Source: Alkanindiges sp. WGS2144
GTDB taxonomy: Bacteria > Pseudomonadota > Gammaproteobacteria > Pseudomonadales > Moraxellaceae
Strand: one strand, 5' to 3'
Length of the DNA: 32,000 nucleotides
Assembly (NCBI RefSeq): GCF_043950625.1
Contig: NZ_CP171007.1
Shown here: piece by piece, positions 17,767 through 26,693 of the stretch
How the letters are laid out: every line of letters begins with the position of its first letter
How positions within the stretch are numbered: the stretch's first letter is position 1
Notes under the pieces: generated by a model
Seen by the model: only the letters and a program-made list of their open reading frames with translations
Told to the model about the DNA's origin: nothing
Databases searched by the model: none
Translations under genes and position numbers: made by a program

Positions 17767-17794
17767 CCTGGCAGGATAGAATGGCTTTTTTCTA

Positions 17795-18451
17795 TCATGC
17801 ACTGTCTAGGGCTTTTTTGACCGGCCCATAACTACGGCGATGCTCAGGCAAAATCCCGTATTGTGCGATGGCTTGCAAGTGTACTTTGGTCGGATAGCCC
17901 TTATGTCTGGCGAATCCAAACTCAGGATAACGCGTATCAAGCGTCTGCAACTGGCGATCCCGTGTTACTTTTGCCAGAATACTGGCAGCGCCAATGCATT
18001 GTTCCAGCGCGTCCCCGCCGACAATGGCCTGGCAGGGAATAAAAGTCTTGGGGCAGCGGTTACCGTCAATCAGCGCTAAGCTTGGTTTAACTGGCAAATT
18101 TTCAATCGCCCGGGTCATAGCCAGCATGGTGGCGTGCAAGATATTAAGCTCATCAATTTCCTCATGGGTTGCCTCGCTAATGCACCATGCCAACGCCTTT
18201 TGCTGGATTTGTGCAAATAGCAGCTCACGTTTTTTCTCTGATAGTTTTTTGGAATCATTTAGCCCGGCAATCGGATGATTAGGGTCTAAAATAACGGCTG
18301 CGGTGACTACCGAGCCGATGAGTGGCCCACGCCCTGCTTCATCGACACCAGCAACTAGTAAGTCAGATTCTGGAAAAATCAGCTCAGGGTTTAATACAGA
18401 ACGCGCTAAAATATGGGGTGAACTACTATCCAGATTTGCCAACAGAGTCAT
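17795..18451 (-). CDS. rnhB: Ribonuclease HII
   Basis: 218 aa. [74 protein letters not shown] 5 nt upstream of the ATG. Confidence 0.93.
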   Translation of the reverse strand: MTLLANLDSSSPHILARSVLNPELIFPESDLLVAGVDEAGRGPLIGSVVTAAVILDPNHPIAGLNDSKKLSEKKRELLFAQIQQKALAWCISEATHEEIDELNILHATMLAMTRAIENLPVKPSLALIDGNRCPKTFIPCQAIVGGDALEQCIGAASILAKVTRDRQLQTLDTRYPEFGFARHKGYPTKVHLQAIAQYGILPEHRRSYGPVKKALDSA

Positions 18452-18597
18452 ACATACTCCTAAAAATCTCTCAACAATATTTCATGCTTAAAAATCAGAA
18501 AATCAGCTCGGCAATATTACCCTGCTTTAAAAATATGGTAGCCATAACTTTCTTCTTGTTCCCATTAAAATTTACTTATTGCAAGCCTCAACTTTTA

Positions 18598-19779
18598 TCA
18601 TTTTTTATTCAGCAATTCCAGCACAGCGACTGCTGGGTCAACAGCCTGCTGCCCCTGTAACTGCTGATGAATAGCAGTCAAGGCTTCCTGCTGTATTTTG
18701 CCTTTGGACGTTTGTAGCAAGGCTATTGCAGCCTGGAATACCTTGTCTGGTGTCGCATCATACTGAATCAGCTCAGGCACTAGTTCGCGACCTGCCAAAA
18801 TATTAGGCAACGATTTATAAGGAATTTTTACCATAAAATTGGCAATTAAATAGGTAAGCCAGTGTAGTTTGTACACCACTACCATGGGGCGGCCAAATAA
18901 CAAGCATTCCAGCGTGGCCGTACCAGAAGCCAGCAACACCAAATCACTGGCCGCCATCACATCACGTCCTACTTTGGATTTGCTGTCCTGTGCATGAATA
19001 ACCTGTACAGCCTGCTTAAACGATGCCGGATAATTTGCCAGAATCTGTTCAATTTGCTCAAGTCGCTGTGGATTGATAGCCGGAACCAGAAACTGAATTT
19101 CGGGATGCTGTTGTAATAACTTCACTGCACCATCAAACAATAGCGGAGCGAGACGTGATACCTCACCAGAGCGGCTTCCCGGTAATAAACCAACCATGGT
19201 TTGGACGGGATTAAGCCCCAATTGCTGTTTAGCAGCTATGAGATCGTGATGTAGTGGAATTTGCTGTGCTAAGGGATGACCAACGAACATCGCAGGCACC
19301 TGATGTTTCTTATAAAAATCTACTTCAAAGGGAAACAGGCACAGCACCAGATCTACTGCCGCCCGAATACCATGTACACGCCCCTGCCGCCACGCCCATA
19401 CCGACGGGCTAACATATTGCACCGTTTTGATACTTAACGGTTTAAGCTGGCTGGACAATCGCAAGTTAAAATCCGGTGCGTCAATACCAACAAAAATATC
19501 TACAGGATTTTCTGTCCAGCGGTTAACCAGGCCATCACGAATGGCAAATAGCTCTTTTAGCCGCCCCATGACCTCAACCAGTCCCATTACAGCCAGCCGC
19601 TCCATGGGATAAATGCTGTTAAAGCCCAAGGCTTGCATTTGCGGGCCTCCAATGCCTTCAAAAACTGCATGAATACCCTGCGCCTGAAAGGATTTTATTA
19701 AGGCCGCACCTAGCGTATCGCCGGATACTTCTCCAACGACCATACCAATGCGTAATGTTTTATTTTGCTGCTGGGCCAT
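18598..19779 (-). CDS. lpxB: Lipid-A-disaccharide synthase
   Basis: 393 aa. LRIGMVVGEVSGDTLGAALIKSF N-terminus, GIGGPQM, YVSPSVWAWRQGRV, LLPGSRSGEV and ASGTATLE motifs of glycosyltransferase family 19. Confidence 0.93.
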   Translation of the reverse strand: MAQQQNKTLRIGMVVGEVSGDTLGAALIKSFQAQGIHAVFEGIGGPQMQALGFNSIYPMERLAVMGLVEVMGRLKELFAIRDGLVNRWTENPVDIFVGIDAPDFNLRLSSQLKPLSIKTVQYVSPSVWAWRQGRVHGIRAAVDLVLCLFPFEVDFYKKHQVPAMFVGHPLAQQIPLHHDLIAAKQQLGLNPVQTMVGLLPGSRSGEVSRLAPLLFDGAVKLLQQHPEIQFLVPAINPQRLEQIEQILANYPASFKQAVQVIHAQDSKSKVGRDVMAASDLVLLASGTATLECLLFGRPMVVVYKLHWLTYLIANFMVKIPYKSLPNILAGRELVPELIQYDATPDKVFQAAIALLQTSKGKIQQEALTAIHQQLQGQQAVDPAVAVLELLNKK

Positions 19780-19901
19780 GACACATACAAAGTGAATTTT
19801 ATAAATAACGGTAGTTTAACACTAAATATTAAACCCTTATAAAAAGCCGAAAATAAAAATCTACCGTAGAGATATCATGCTGCCAGAAAGCTAACAGTCC
19901 C

Positions 19902-20150
19902 CTAGCGCTTATGATAGGGCTTAGGATCATAGCGCTTATCGCGTTTATATTTTTTGCCCCGCTCCTTGTTACGCTCACGCCAGTGCTGGCCATCACGTTT
20001 ATGCGCCGACCTCTCCCGATATTGATAATCCTGCCCTGCATAACTTCGATCATAGTTATGGCGATGCTGACGATCGACAGGATGGCTGACACAACCACTC
20101 AGACTTAATATCAATACGCCGCTTACTGTAGATAATAAAAAGCGCTGCAT
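19902..20150 (-). CDS. Small lipoprotein with an extremely basic low-complexity mature region (82 aa precursor)
   Basis: The ATG at 20150 is preceded by GAGGTGAGGAAA. MQRFLLSTVSGVLILSLSG/C is a signal peptide plus lipobox (LSGC). The mature part is CVSHPVDRQHRHNYDRSYAGQDYQYRERSAHKRDGQHWRERNKERGKKYKRDKRYDPKPYHKR. The upstream extension to 20177 (MKYQDEVRK) is unlikely to be translated. Confidence 0.6.
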   Translation of the reverse strand: MQRFLLSTVSGVLILSLSGCVSHPVDRQHRHNYDRSYAGQDYQYRERSAHKRDGQHWRERNKERGKKYKRDKRYDPKPYHKR

Positions 20151-20258
20151 TTTCCTCACCTCATCCTGATATTTCAATTTTTTCAGTGTGCCACAGTAAA
20201 AGAGAACTTCTTGAACTACCGGTTTAGATTTGTATGCGCTTAGGTAATTTTTAACGAC

Positions 20259-20285
20259 AAAAAAGCGCCAACTTATGTGGCGCTT
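20259..20285 (-). terminator. Intrinsic terminator of the KAS III gene
   Basis: On the minus strand: AAGCGCCA-cataagt-TGGCGCTT followed by TTTTTT (A-run 20259-20264 on the + strand), 27 bp after the stop at 20312. Confidence 0.75.
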
Positions 20286-20311
20286 CTGATATATACCACA
20301 CTACAGTGAAG

Positions 20312-21427
20312 TTAAGTGACTTTTTTAACAATGACTGAGCCAATGGAATAGCCGGCGCCAAAGGAACAAATCACCCCAATATCCCCGTCTTTTAAATCCG
20401 CTGAATATTTATGAAACGCAATAATGGATCCAGCGGAACTGGTATTGGCATACTCATCCAGAATAATAGGCGCACGTCCTGCCTCAGGCTCATGCCCCAG
20501 CATCATTTTTAATATAAAATTATTCATGTTTTCATTGGCCTGATGTAGCCAGTAGCGTTGAACACCTTCAACATTCAGACCTATCTTTTGCAGGTGCTCG
20601 CTAATGGTTTTGGCAACCAGCGGCGACACTTCACGATAAACCTTTTGCCCGTTTTGTACGAATAGCTTATCTGCCTGGCCTACCCCGGATTCATCACCCC
20701 GGTTTAAAAAACCAAAATTATTACGTATATTATTGGAAAACTGAGTTAATAGCTGAGTGCCCAACACCTCAAAGCCGGGCTTGCTAGTCGTTTCTTCCAC
20801 TACCACGGCAGTTGCCACATCACCAAAAATAAAGTGGCTGCTATAATCAGTCCAGTTTAAATGCCCGGAAGTGATCTCGGCGTTAACGACCAGTACACGC
20901 TTTGCAGAACCGGCTTTAATAGCATCAACTGCCTGTTGCAGGCCAAACGTTGCTGCGCTACACGCCACGTTCATGTCAAAAGCATAGCCATGCGTCATAC
21001 CCAGTGCCGCCTGGATTTCAACTGCCACGGCTGGATATGCACGCTGCATATTGGAGCAAGCCAGAATCACCGCATCAATATCATCCACGGTTAAACCAGC
21101 GTTTTCAATCGCCTGCCTGGCAGCAGCAACGCCCATTTCAGCCTGAATTGACCATTCATCATTTGAGCGCTCAGGAATAACAGGACACATGCGCTGAGGA
21201 TCGAGTACGCCTTCCTTATTCACCACATAACGCGACTTGATGCCGGATACTTTTTCAATAAAAGCTGCTGATGAGCCACGCTTGGGCGCCAGGGTACCTG
21301 CTTCAATTTCGCTGGCATGGTCGCTATTATATTGTTCAACATAAGCATTCAGGCTGGTCACCAGTTCTTCATTACTAATAGAATAAGGTGGCGTATATAG
21401 CCCGGTTCCGGTAATACGAATGCTCAT
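20312..21427 (-). CDS. Beta-ketoacyl-ACP synthase III, long (~370 aa) FabH-like form
   Basis: 371 aa. Thiolase-fold KAS III with the Cys-His-Asn triad context ([32 protein letters not shown]) and the [14 protein letters not shown] insertion. As I recall, that insertion characterises the P. aeruginosa PA3286-type enzyme rather than canonical 317-aa FabH. Not located next to other fab genes. Confidence 0.88.
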   Translation of the reverse strand: MSIRITGTGLYTPPYSISNEELVTSLNAYVEQYNSDHASEIEAGTLAPKRGSSAAFIEKVSGIKSRYVVNKEGVLDPQRMCPVIPERSNDEWSIQAEMGVAAARQAIENAGLTVDDIDAVILACSNMQRAYPAVAVEIQAALGMTHGYAFDMNVACSAATFGLQQAVDAIKAGSAKRVLVVNAEITSGHLNWTDYSSHFIFGDVATAVVVEETTSKPGFEVLGTQLLTQFSNNIRNNFGFLNRGDESGVGQADKLFVQNGQKVYREVSPLVAKTISEHLQKIGLNVEGVQRYWLHQANENMNNFILKMMLGHEPEAGRAPIILDEYANTSSAGSIIAFHKYSADLKDGDIGVICSFGAGYSIGSVIVKKVT

Positions 21428-21595
21428 GAATCACTCCTGTTATTTATCGTGGTCTGGCGTGTAATAAATCTGCTGCACCAATAGTAAATGAATATTCAAT
21501 GTTTGGCTGCAAAAATTTGGCCTAAACAGATAAGACCAAGGCCTCATACCCTGTCTATCGCTATCAGTTTTAAGTTGATTACCCTTATCAACTCG

Positions 21596-22447
21596 CTAAG
21601 CTCTGACTATTAACTCATAACCACTAAACTTGCGTATATTGAGCACACCGGTATCCAGCAATAAATACTGGCCTTTAATTCCATTTAAATGCCCTTTAAT
21701 AATGGGGGTTTTATCAAAATTATGAGCGCTCACCTTGGCTGGATATTTGTTTACCGGGTAGACAAACTCATGCACTGCTTCATGTTGCAGTAATTCTACC
21801 TGCTCAGGATAAGCATGTTGCAGCTGGCTTAGATCAGCTTCATAACGGTTAAAAATATCATCCCGGACCTGTTGCAAATCCAGCGGTTCGGCCACACCTT
21901 TAAGCAATTTGCGCCAGTCAGTTTTATCCGACATATGTTGTGCTAGCAACGTTTCAACCACACCTGACAAAAACCGGCTCTGGGTTTGAAAAATGGGAAT
22001 GGCCTGCGTTGCGCCCTGATCCAGCCAGCGCGTGGGCATTTGCGTGTGCCGGGTAATACCCACCTTTAAACCGCTGGAATTGGCCAGATACACAATATGC
22101 GGATTAAAGCATACGCGCTCTGCCCATTCTGGCTCGCGGCAGGTACCCAGGTGATGATGGCAGGTTTCCGGCTTCATCATACACATATCGCATGCCGCCT
22201 TGGTGCTAAAGCAGCGATAACAGTGACCTTGCGAAAATGACTTATTGGTTTTTGCACCGCAGGCCACACAGTAAATTTTACCTGTCCATTGCAGCTCAAC
22301 AGCACTGCCGACCAGTTGTGTAAATGGCGATACAAACGAGCCTAAAACCAGACTATACTCAACTGCGGCCGATAAGGCACCACTACTGGTGGTTGTGCTT
22401 TCTCCAAGCTTTGCACGCATTTTCTGGCAAATGCCCTGATATTCCAT
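21596..22447 (-). CDS. Cys-rich zinc-ribbon protein, DUF2797-like, function unknown
   Basis: The track ORF extends to 22552, but its first 35 codons (MSNWLFFGQQLNKWQKIH...) look non-coding. The ATG at 22447 gives 283 aa (MEYQGICQKMRAKLGE...). Cys/His cluster: YCVACGAKTNKSFSQGHCYRCFSTKAACDMCMMKPETCHHHLGTC (three CxxC plus 2 Cys and 3 His in 45 aa), then HIVYLANSSGLKVGITRHTQMPTRWLDQG. The DUF2797 assignment comes from memory of that family's CxxC/GITR pattern and is unverified. Confidence 0.75.
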   Translation of the reverse strand: MEYQGICQKMRAKLGESTTTSSGALSAAVEYSLVLGSFVSPFTQLVGSAVELQWTGKIYCVACGAKTNKSFSQGHCYRCFSTKAACDMCMMKPETCHHHLGTCREPEWAERVCFNPHIVYLANSSGLKVGITRHTQMPTRWLDQGATQAIPIFQTQSRFLSGVVETLLAQHMSDKTDWRKLLKGVAEPLDLQQVRDDIFNRYEADLSQLQHAYPEQVELLQHEAVHEFVYPVNKYPAKVSAHNFDKTPIIKGHLNGIKGQYLLLDTGVLNIRKFSGYELIVRA

Positions 22448-22462
22448 TGTAAAAACTTCTTT

Positions 22463-23002
22463 ATGATTAATAAGGATAAAACAGTGACTGACTGGTCTAT
22501 GGATCTTCTGCCATTTATTAAGCTGCTGTCCAAAGAAAAGCCAATTGCTCAAGGCTTAGTCGTAGGGCACGGCCTACAGACCGCCAACTGGCCAGGCAAA
22601 TGGCAGACCATCAATCTCGATGAGCTAGAAACACTGGCTTTCACCAAGCGTTATGATCTGGCAGTAGTGGTACTGTATGATCATTATTATGGGGATAATT
22701 CAGTTGCAAGCAAGACTGAGGCGTCTATAAATCATGCAGATAGCCCCACAGCTAGACCAATTCCAGCATCTTTAATCCATGGCATTACCCGGCTCAGGGA
22801 TGTACTGGCAAGGCAAGTACTGGTGTTGACCAGGCCTGAATCTGGTTCAACGCTACCTGCATTGGGTTTTAGCCAGATCGAGCAGCTGGCAGAAAAACTT
22901 GTGATCTGGCAATTTAACATTCTATCTTACAAGCAAGTACCAGACTGGTTAAATTCCAAATATTGGGCCAATCCGGAAAACTGGGGCAAATATCGCTGGT
23001 AG
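22463..23002 (+). CDS. Hypothetical protein (~170-179 aa), function unknown
   Basis: ORF from ATG 22463. Alternative starts are GTG 22484 (AAGGA 7 nt upstream, the best SD) or ATG 22499. Features: GLVVGHGLQ and YDLAVVVLYDH strands (faint Rossmann/methyltransferase-like pattern), a low-complexity insert, and a Trp-rich C-terminus VPDWLNSKYWANPENWGKYRW. Divergent from the Zn-ribbon gene with 15-51 bp between the starts. Confidence 0.6.
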   Translation: MINKDKTVTDWSMDLLPFIKLLSKEKPIAQGLVVGHGLQTANWPGKWQTINLDELETLAFTKRYDLAVVVLYDHYYGDNSVASKTEASINHADSPTARPIPASLIHGITRLRDVLARQVLVLTRPESGSTLPALGFSQIEQLAEKLVIWQFNILSYKQVPDWLNSKYWANPENWGKYRW

Positions 23003-23154
23003 CAATTACGCTAATAAATCAGACAACCAGCGGGCAAGACCAGCAGCCAACAATTTCCGTCCAAATCCTGCCTATGCTAGAATTGGCTTTTTCTTGCATC
23101 ATTTGATCTGAATTTAAAAATACTCTTTGCGCTTAGAAATTTAGGAGCATCATC

Positions 23155-23904
23155 ATGGCTGGACATTCCAAATGGGCCAATATTAAACACCGCAAAGCCA
23201 AACAGGATGCCACACGCGGAAAGCTGTTTACCAAATATATTCGTGAGCTGGTCAGTGCAGCAAAACAGGGTGATCCTGATCCGGCCAAAAATCCGCGCCT
23301 GCGTGCGGTGGTTGAAAAAGCCCTGTCCGTCAACATGACACGCGATACCATTAACCGGGCTATTTCCCGTGGGGCTGGCAATGATGAGGGCGATAACCTT
23401 AAGGAAATCACTTATGAAGGTTATGGCGTCGGTGGTGTGGCAGTTCTGGTTGAAACCATGACCGATAATATTAACCGCACCGTACCAGACGTGCGCCACT
23501 GTTTTACCAAAACCGGTGGCAACCTGGGCACTTCTGGTTCAGTGGCTTATTTGTTTAGCAAACGCGGCGAAATCAGCTTTGAGGATGTATCCCTTGAAGA
23601 TAAAATTATGGAAATAGCGCTAGAAGCCGGTGCTGAAGATATTGAGGTAGGTGATGATGGTATTGTGGTGATTACCTCGCCAGAAAGCTTTGGCGATGTG
23701 CAAGATGCCCTGGCTGCGGCAGGCTTAAAATCTGACAACGCTGAAGTGACCATGCACCCATCCACGCAGGCAGACATTAGCGATTCTGACATGGCCAAGC
23801 AGATTATTAAAATGATTGACATGCTAGAAGACCTTGACGACGTGCAAAACGTCTATACCAATGCCAATATTAGTGATGATGCGATGGCGGCATTAGAAGC
23901 CTGA
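23155..23904 (+). CDS. yebC: YebC/PmpR-family DNA-binding transcriptional regulator
   Basis: 249 aa. [64 protein letters not shown]. Confidence 0.93.
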   Translation: MAGHSKWANIKHRKAKQDATRGKLFTKYIRELVSAAKQGDPDPAKNPRLRAVVEKALSVNMTRDTINRAISRGAGNDEGDNLKEITYEGYGVGGVAVLVETMTDNINRTVPDVRHCFTKTGGNLGTSGSVAYLFSKRGEISFEDVSLEDKIMEIALEAGAEDIEVGDDGIVVITSPESFGDVQDALAAAGLKSDNAEVTMHPSTQADISDSDMAKQIIKMIDMLEDLDDVQNVYTNANISDDAMAALEA

Positions 23905-23945
23905 TACAAAGCTAAAAACAGTTAAATAAAAAAGTGACTGATTAT

Positions 23946-23975
23946 AAAATAGCGTAGTCATGGCCGCGCTATTTT
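23946..23975. terminator. Bidirectional intrinsic terminator between convergent yebC and ynfA
   Basis: AAAATAGCG-(12-nt loop)-CGCTATTTT. A-run and T-run arms give a U-tract in both orientations. Lies 42 bp after the yebC stop and 15 bp after the ynfA stop. Confidence 0.6.
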
Positions 23976-23989
23976 ATTATTGACAAGCG

Positions 23990-24325
23990 TTACTGAGAAA
24001 ACCCGGGCTGCAAAATAATGACCCCTGCTCCCATAACAATAATTAGCGCACCTGCCATATCCCACGGTGTTAAGCTCAAGCCATCTATAAAATATAACCA
24101 TAGCAATGCAGTAGCCATATACACTCCGCCATAGGCTGCATATACACGCCCTGCTGCTGCCGGATGAAGGGTTAATAACCAGACAAACCCTATCAGACTT
24201 AAAACTGCCGGTATTAACAGCCATGCAGGCTTAGCCTGCTTTAAAACCAGATATGGCAGGTAGCAACCAATAATTTCTGCCAGCGCGGTTAAGGCAAACA
24301 AGCCAAAGGCTTTTAAAATAAACAT
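23990..24325 (-). CDS. ynfA: YnfA-family (UPF0060) small inner-membrane protein
   Basis: Start at ATG 24325 ([30 protein letters not shown]...). It aligns along its length with my recollection of E. coli YnfA ([37 protein letters not shown]). The longer track ORF (to 24361) would run through the clpA terminator. Confidence 0.85.
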   Translation of the reverse strand: MFILKAFGLFALTALAEIIGCYLPYLVLKQAKPAWLLIPAVLSLIGFVWLLTLHPAAAGRVYAAYGGVYMATALLWLYFIDGLSLTPWDMAGALIIVMGAGVIILQPGFSQ

Positions 24326-24345
24326 TGCGTAAGTTTTTCCTATAT

Positions 24346-24372
24346 AAAAAGCCAGCATCACGCTGGCTTTTT
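24346..24372 (-). terminator. Intrinsic terminator of clpA
   Basis: AAAAA-GCCAGC-atcac-GCTGGC-TTTTT, 19 bp past the clpA stop. Symmetric A/T flanks. Confidence 0.75.
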
Positions 24373-24390
24373 AGCATGCTGGCCTGTAGG

Positions 24391-26685
24391 TTAGGCCGGT
24401 TCGGCAGTTTGATCCTCAACTTCCAGAATCAGGCCAGTTTCGCCGTCTTCCTTATCACCCACCGACACATGCACAAATCCACCATTTTCAGCCAGAGAGC
24501 CAAATAAAATCATTTCAGCCAATGGCTTTTTCAGCTCATCCTGAATGAGGCGTTGCATGGGTCGCGCGCCCATATACTGGTCATAACCACGCTCACCCAG
24601 CCATTTTCTGGCGGCAGCATCCACTTCCAGAACCACCTTTTTATCATCCAGCTGTGCTTGCAGTTCAATTAAAAACTTATCCACTACCGAATCAATAATA
24701 CTGGCTGGCAACGGCTTAAACTGGATAATAGCATCCAGACGGTTGCGGAACTCTGGTGAAAAGGCTCGCTTCATGGCCTCTTTGTTGTCGTTACTATGAT
24801 CCTGCAAGGTAAAGCCGATACTGGCACGTGCAATACTCTCAGCACCAATGTTGGTCGTCATTACCAGAATCACATGACGAAAATCACTCTTGCGGCCATT
24901 ATTATCAGTCAGGGTACCATGATCCATCACCTGCAACAGGATATTGAATACATCTGGATGGGCTTTTTCAATTTCATCCAGTAACAATACACAATGCGGC
25001 TGCTTATTGATCGCATCAGTCAGCAGGCCACCCTGATCAAAACCGACGTATCCGGGCGGCGCACCAATCAGGCGTGATACGGTATGGCGCTCCATATATT
25101 CAGACATATCAAAGCGTACCAGCTCAATGCCCAACAAGCGCGCCAGCTGACGGGTTACTTCTGTTTTACCCACCCCTGTAGGACCTGCAAACATAAAACA
25201 GCCCACCGGTTTTTCTGGCGCTTTTAGGCCAGCGCGGGATAGCTTGATAGCTGAAGCCAGTGTACTGATTGCTTCATCCTGACCAAATACCACGCGCTTA
25301 AGATCACGCTCCAGATGCTCAAGCACTGACTTGTCATCCTTGGATACCGTTTTTGGCGGGATACGGGCAATCCGTGAAACAATATCCTCAATTTCTGGTA
25401 CCGCAATCACTTTGTCGCTGTCGGCCAGCAAACGCTGACGGGCACCCGCCTCATCAATCACATCAATGGCTTTATCCGGCAAGAAGCGCTCATGAATATG
25501 CTTGGCAGATAATTCAGCTGCTGATACCAAAGCCGCATCGGTATAACTCACCCCATGAAACTCCTCAAAACGGCTGCGTAGCCCTTTGAGGATTTCAATG
25601 GTATCGCCAACGCTCGGCTCATTAATATCAATCTTCTGGAAGCGACGCGACAGCGCATGATCTTTCTCAAACACTGAACGATATTCGCTATAGGTCGTGG
25701 AACCAATACAGCGCAAGCTTCCGTTTGCCAGAGCTGGCTTGATCAGATTAGATGCATCCATAGTGCTGCCCATACTGGAACCTGCACCGATAATCATATG
25801 GATTTCATCAATAAACAAAATGGCATTAGGTTTTTTCTTGAGCGCCACCAGCAATTGCTTAATGCGCTTTTCAAAATCACCACGATATTTGGTACCAGCC
25901 ACCAAGGCGCCAATATCCAGGCTATAGATTTCTGCATCATGCAGTGGCTCAGGGACTTTCTGGTTAACAATCAGCCAGGCTAGCCCTTCAGCAATCGACG
26001 TTTTGCCCACACCCGGGTCACCTACCAGTAGAGGGTTATTTTTACGACGACGACACAAAATCTGTGCGGCACGCTCAATTTCCTTCTCACGGCCAATTAA
26101 CGGATCGGTACGACCCTTTTGTGCTTCCTTGTTGAGGTTAACAGTGTATAGCTCAAGCGGCCCCATAGGTCGCTTGCTACTGCTCTCCTCTGGATCATCG
26201 CGGCTATCCTCATCAGATAACTCTTCCTCACTTAAATGCAGCTCATCGTCCTTGCGCGTGCCATGCGACAAATACTGGGTGAGATCAAGCCGGTTAATTT
26301 GCTGCTTTTTGAGCAGATAAACCGCAAAGCTATCTCGCTCGGAATACATGGCGACCAGTACATCTGCGCCTTCCACCGGACGGTCACCCCCACCGGATGA
26401 CTGCACATGAAAAATAGCCCGCTGTAAAATACGGTCAAAACTCTCGGTAGGATGCGGTGCCTGCTCACTGTTTTCACCCAGTTTGGGTGTATGCTGCTCA
26501 ACGTAATCTTCTAGCTCACGTCTTAAGCTGGCAATATCAGCACCACAGGCCTTTAGGGCACTAACGGCAGAATCGTTTTCCAGCAGCGATAGCAGCAGGT
26601 GCTCTACCGTTAAAAACTCATGGCGTTTCTGACGCGCCATACTGACGGCCAAGCGTAATGATACTTCTAGATGACGACTGAGCAT
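24391..26685 (-). CDS. clpA: ATP-dependent Clp protease ATP-binding subunit ClpA
   Basis: Start at ATG 26685 (MLSRHLEVSLRLAVSMARQKRHEFLTVEHLLLSLL), with GAGG 6 nt upstream. Two AAA+ modules (GDPGVGKTSIAEGL with ILFIDEIH; FAGPTGVGKTEVTRQLA with VLLLDEIEKAH) and the Clp_N repeat. 764 aa. The 12 upstream codons in the track ORF overlap clpS and are unlikely to be translated. Confidence 0.95.
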   Translation of the reverse strand: MLSRHLEVSLRLAVSMARQKRHEFLTVEHLLLSLLENDSAVSALKACGADIASLRRELEDYVEQHTPKLGENSEQAPHPTESFDRILQRAIFHVQSSGGGDRPVEGADVLVAMYSERDSFAVYLLKKQQINRLDLTQYLSHGTRKDDELHLSEEELSDEDSRDDPEESSSKRPMGPLELYTVNLNKEAQKGRTDPLIGREKEIERAAQILCRRRKNNPLLVGDPGVGKTSIAEGLAWLIVNQKVPEPLHDAEIYSLDIGALVAGTKYRGDFEKRIKQLLVALKKKPNAILFIDEIHMIIGAGSSMGSTMDASNLIKPALANGSLRCIGSTTYSEYRSVFEKDHALSRRFQKIDINEPSVGDTIEILKGLRSRFEEFHGVSYTDAALVSAAELSAKHIHERFLPDKAIDVIDEAGARQRLLADSDKVIAVPEIEDIVSRIARIPPKTVSKDDKSVLEHLERDLKRVVFGQDEAISTLASAIKLSRAGLKAPEKPVGCFMFAGPTGVGKTEVTRQLARLLGIELVRFDMSEYMERHTVSRLIGAPPGYVGFDQGGLLTDAINKQPHCVLLLDEIEKAHPDVFNILLQVMDHGTLTDNNGRKSDFRHVILVMTTNIGAESIARASIGFTLQDHSNDNKEAMKRAFSPEFRNRLDAIIQFKPLPASIIDSVVDKFLIELQAQLDDKKVVLEVDAAARKWLGERGYDQYMGARPMQRLIQDELKKPLAEMILFGSLAENGGFVHVSVGDKEDGETGLILEVEDQTAEPA

Positions 26686-26693
26686 GTTGACCT

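Noticed and set aside
18491-18506. Tandem AAAATCAG AAAATCAG in the lpxB-rnhB spacer
   Set aside because: Only two copies of an 8-mer in A-rich DNA, with no flanking symmetry. This is most likely chance or part of the rnhB promoter.
19829-20108. ORFs 19829..20098 (minus, 89 aa) and 19911..20108 (plus, 65 aa) overlapping the mini-lipoprotein gene
   Set aside because: They are by-products of the strongly biased codon composition. Only the 19902..20150 frame has an SD plus signal peptide plus lipobox.
22448-22552. N-terminal 35-codon extension of the Zn-ribbon ORF (MSNWLFFGQQLNKWQKIHRPVSHCFILINHKEVFT)
   Set aside because: It would overlap the divergent gene by up to 90 bp on the opposite strand, and its Trp/His/Phe-rich composition is unlike the rest of the protein. 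The internal ATG at 22447 gives a length typical for the family.
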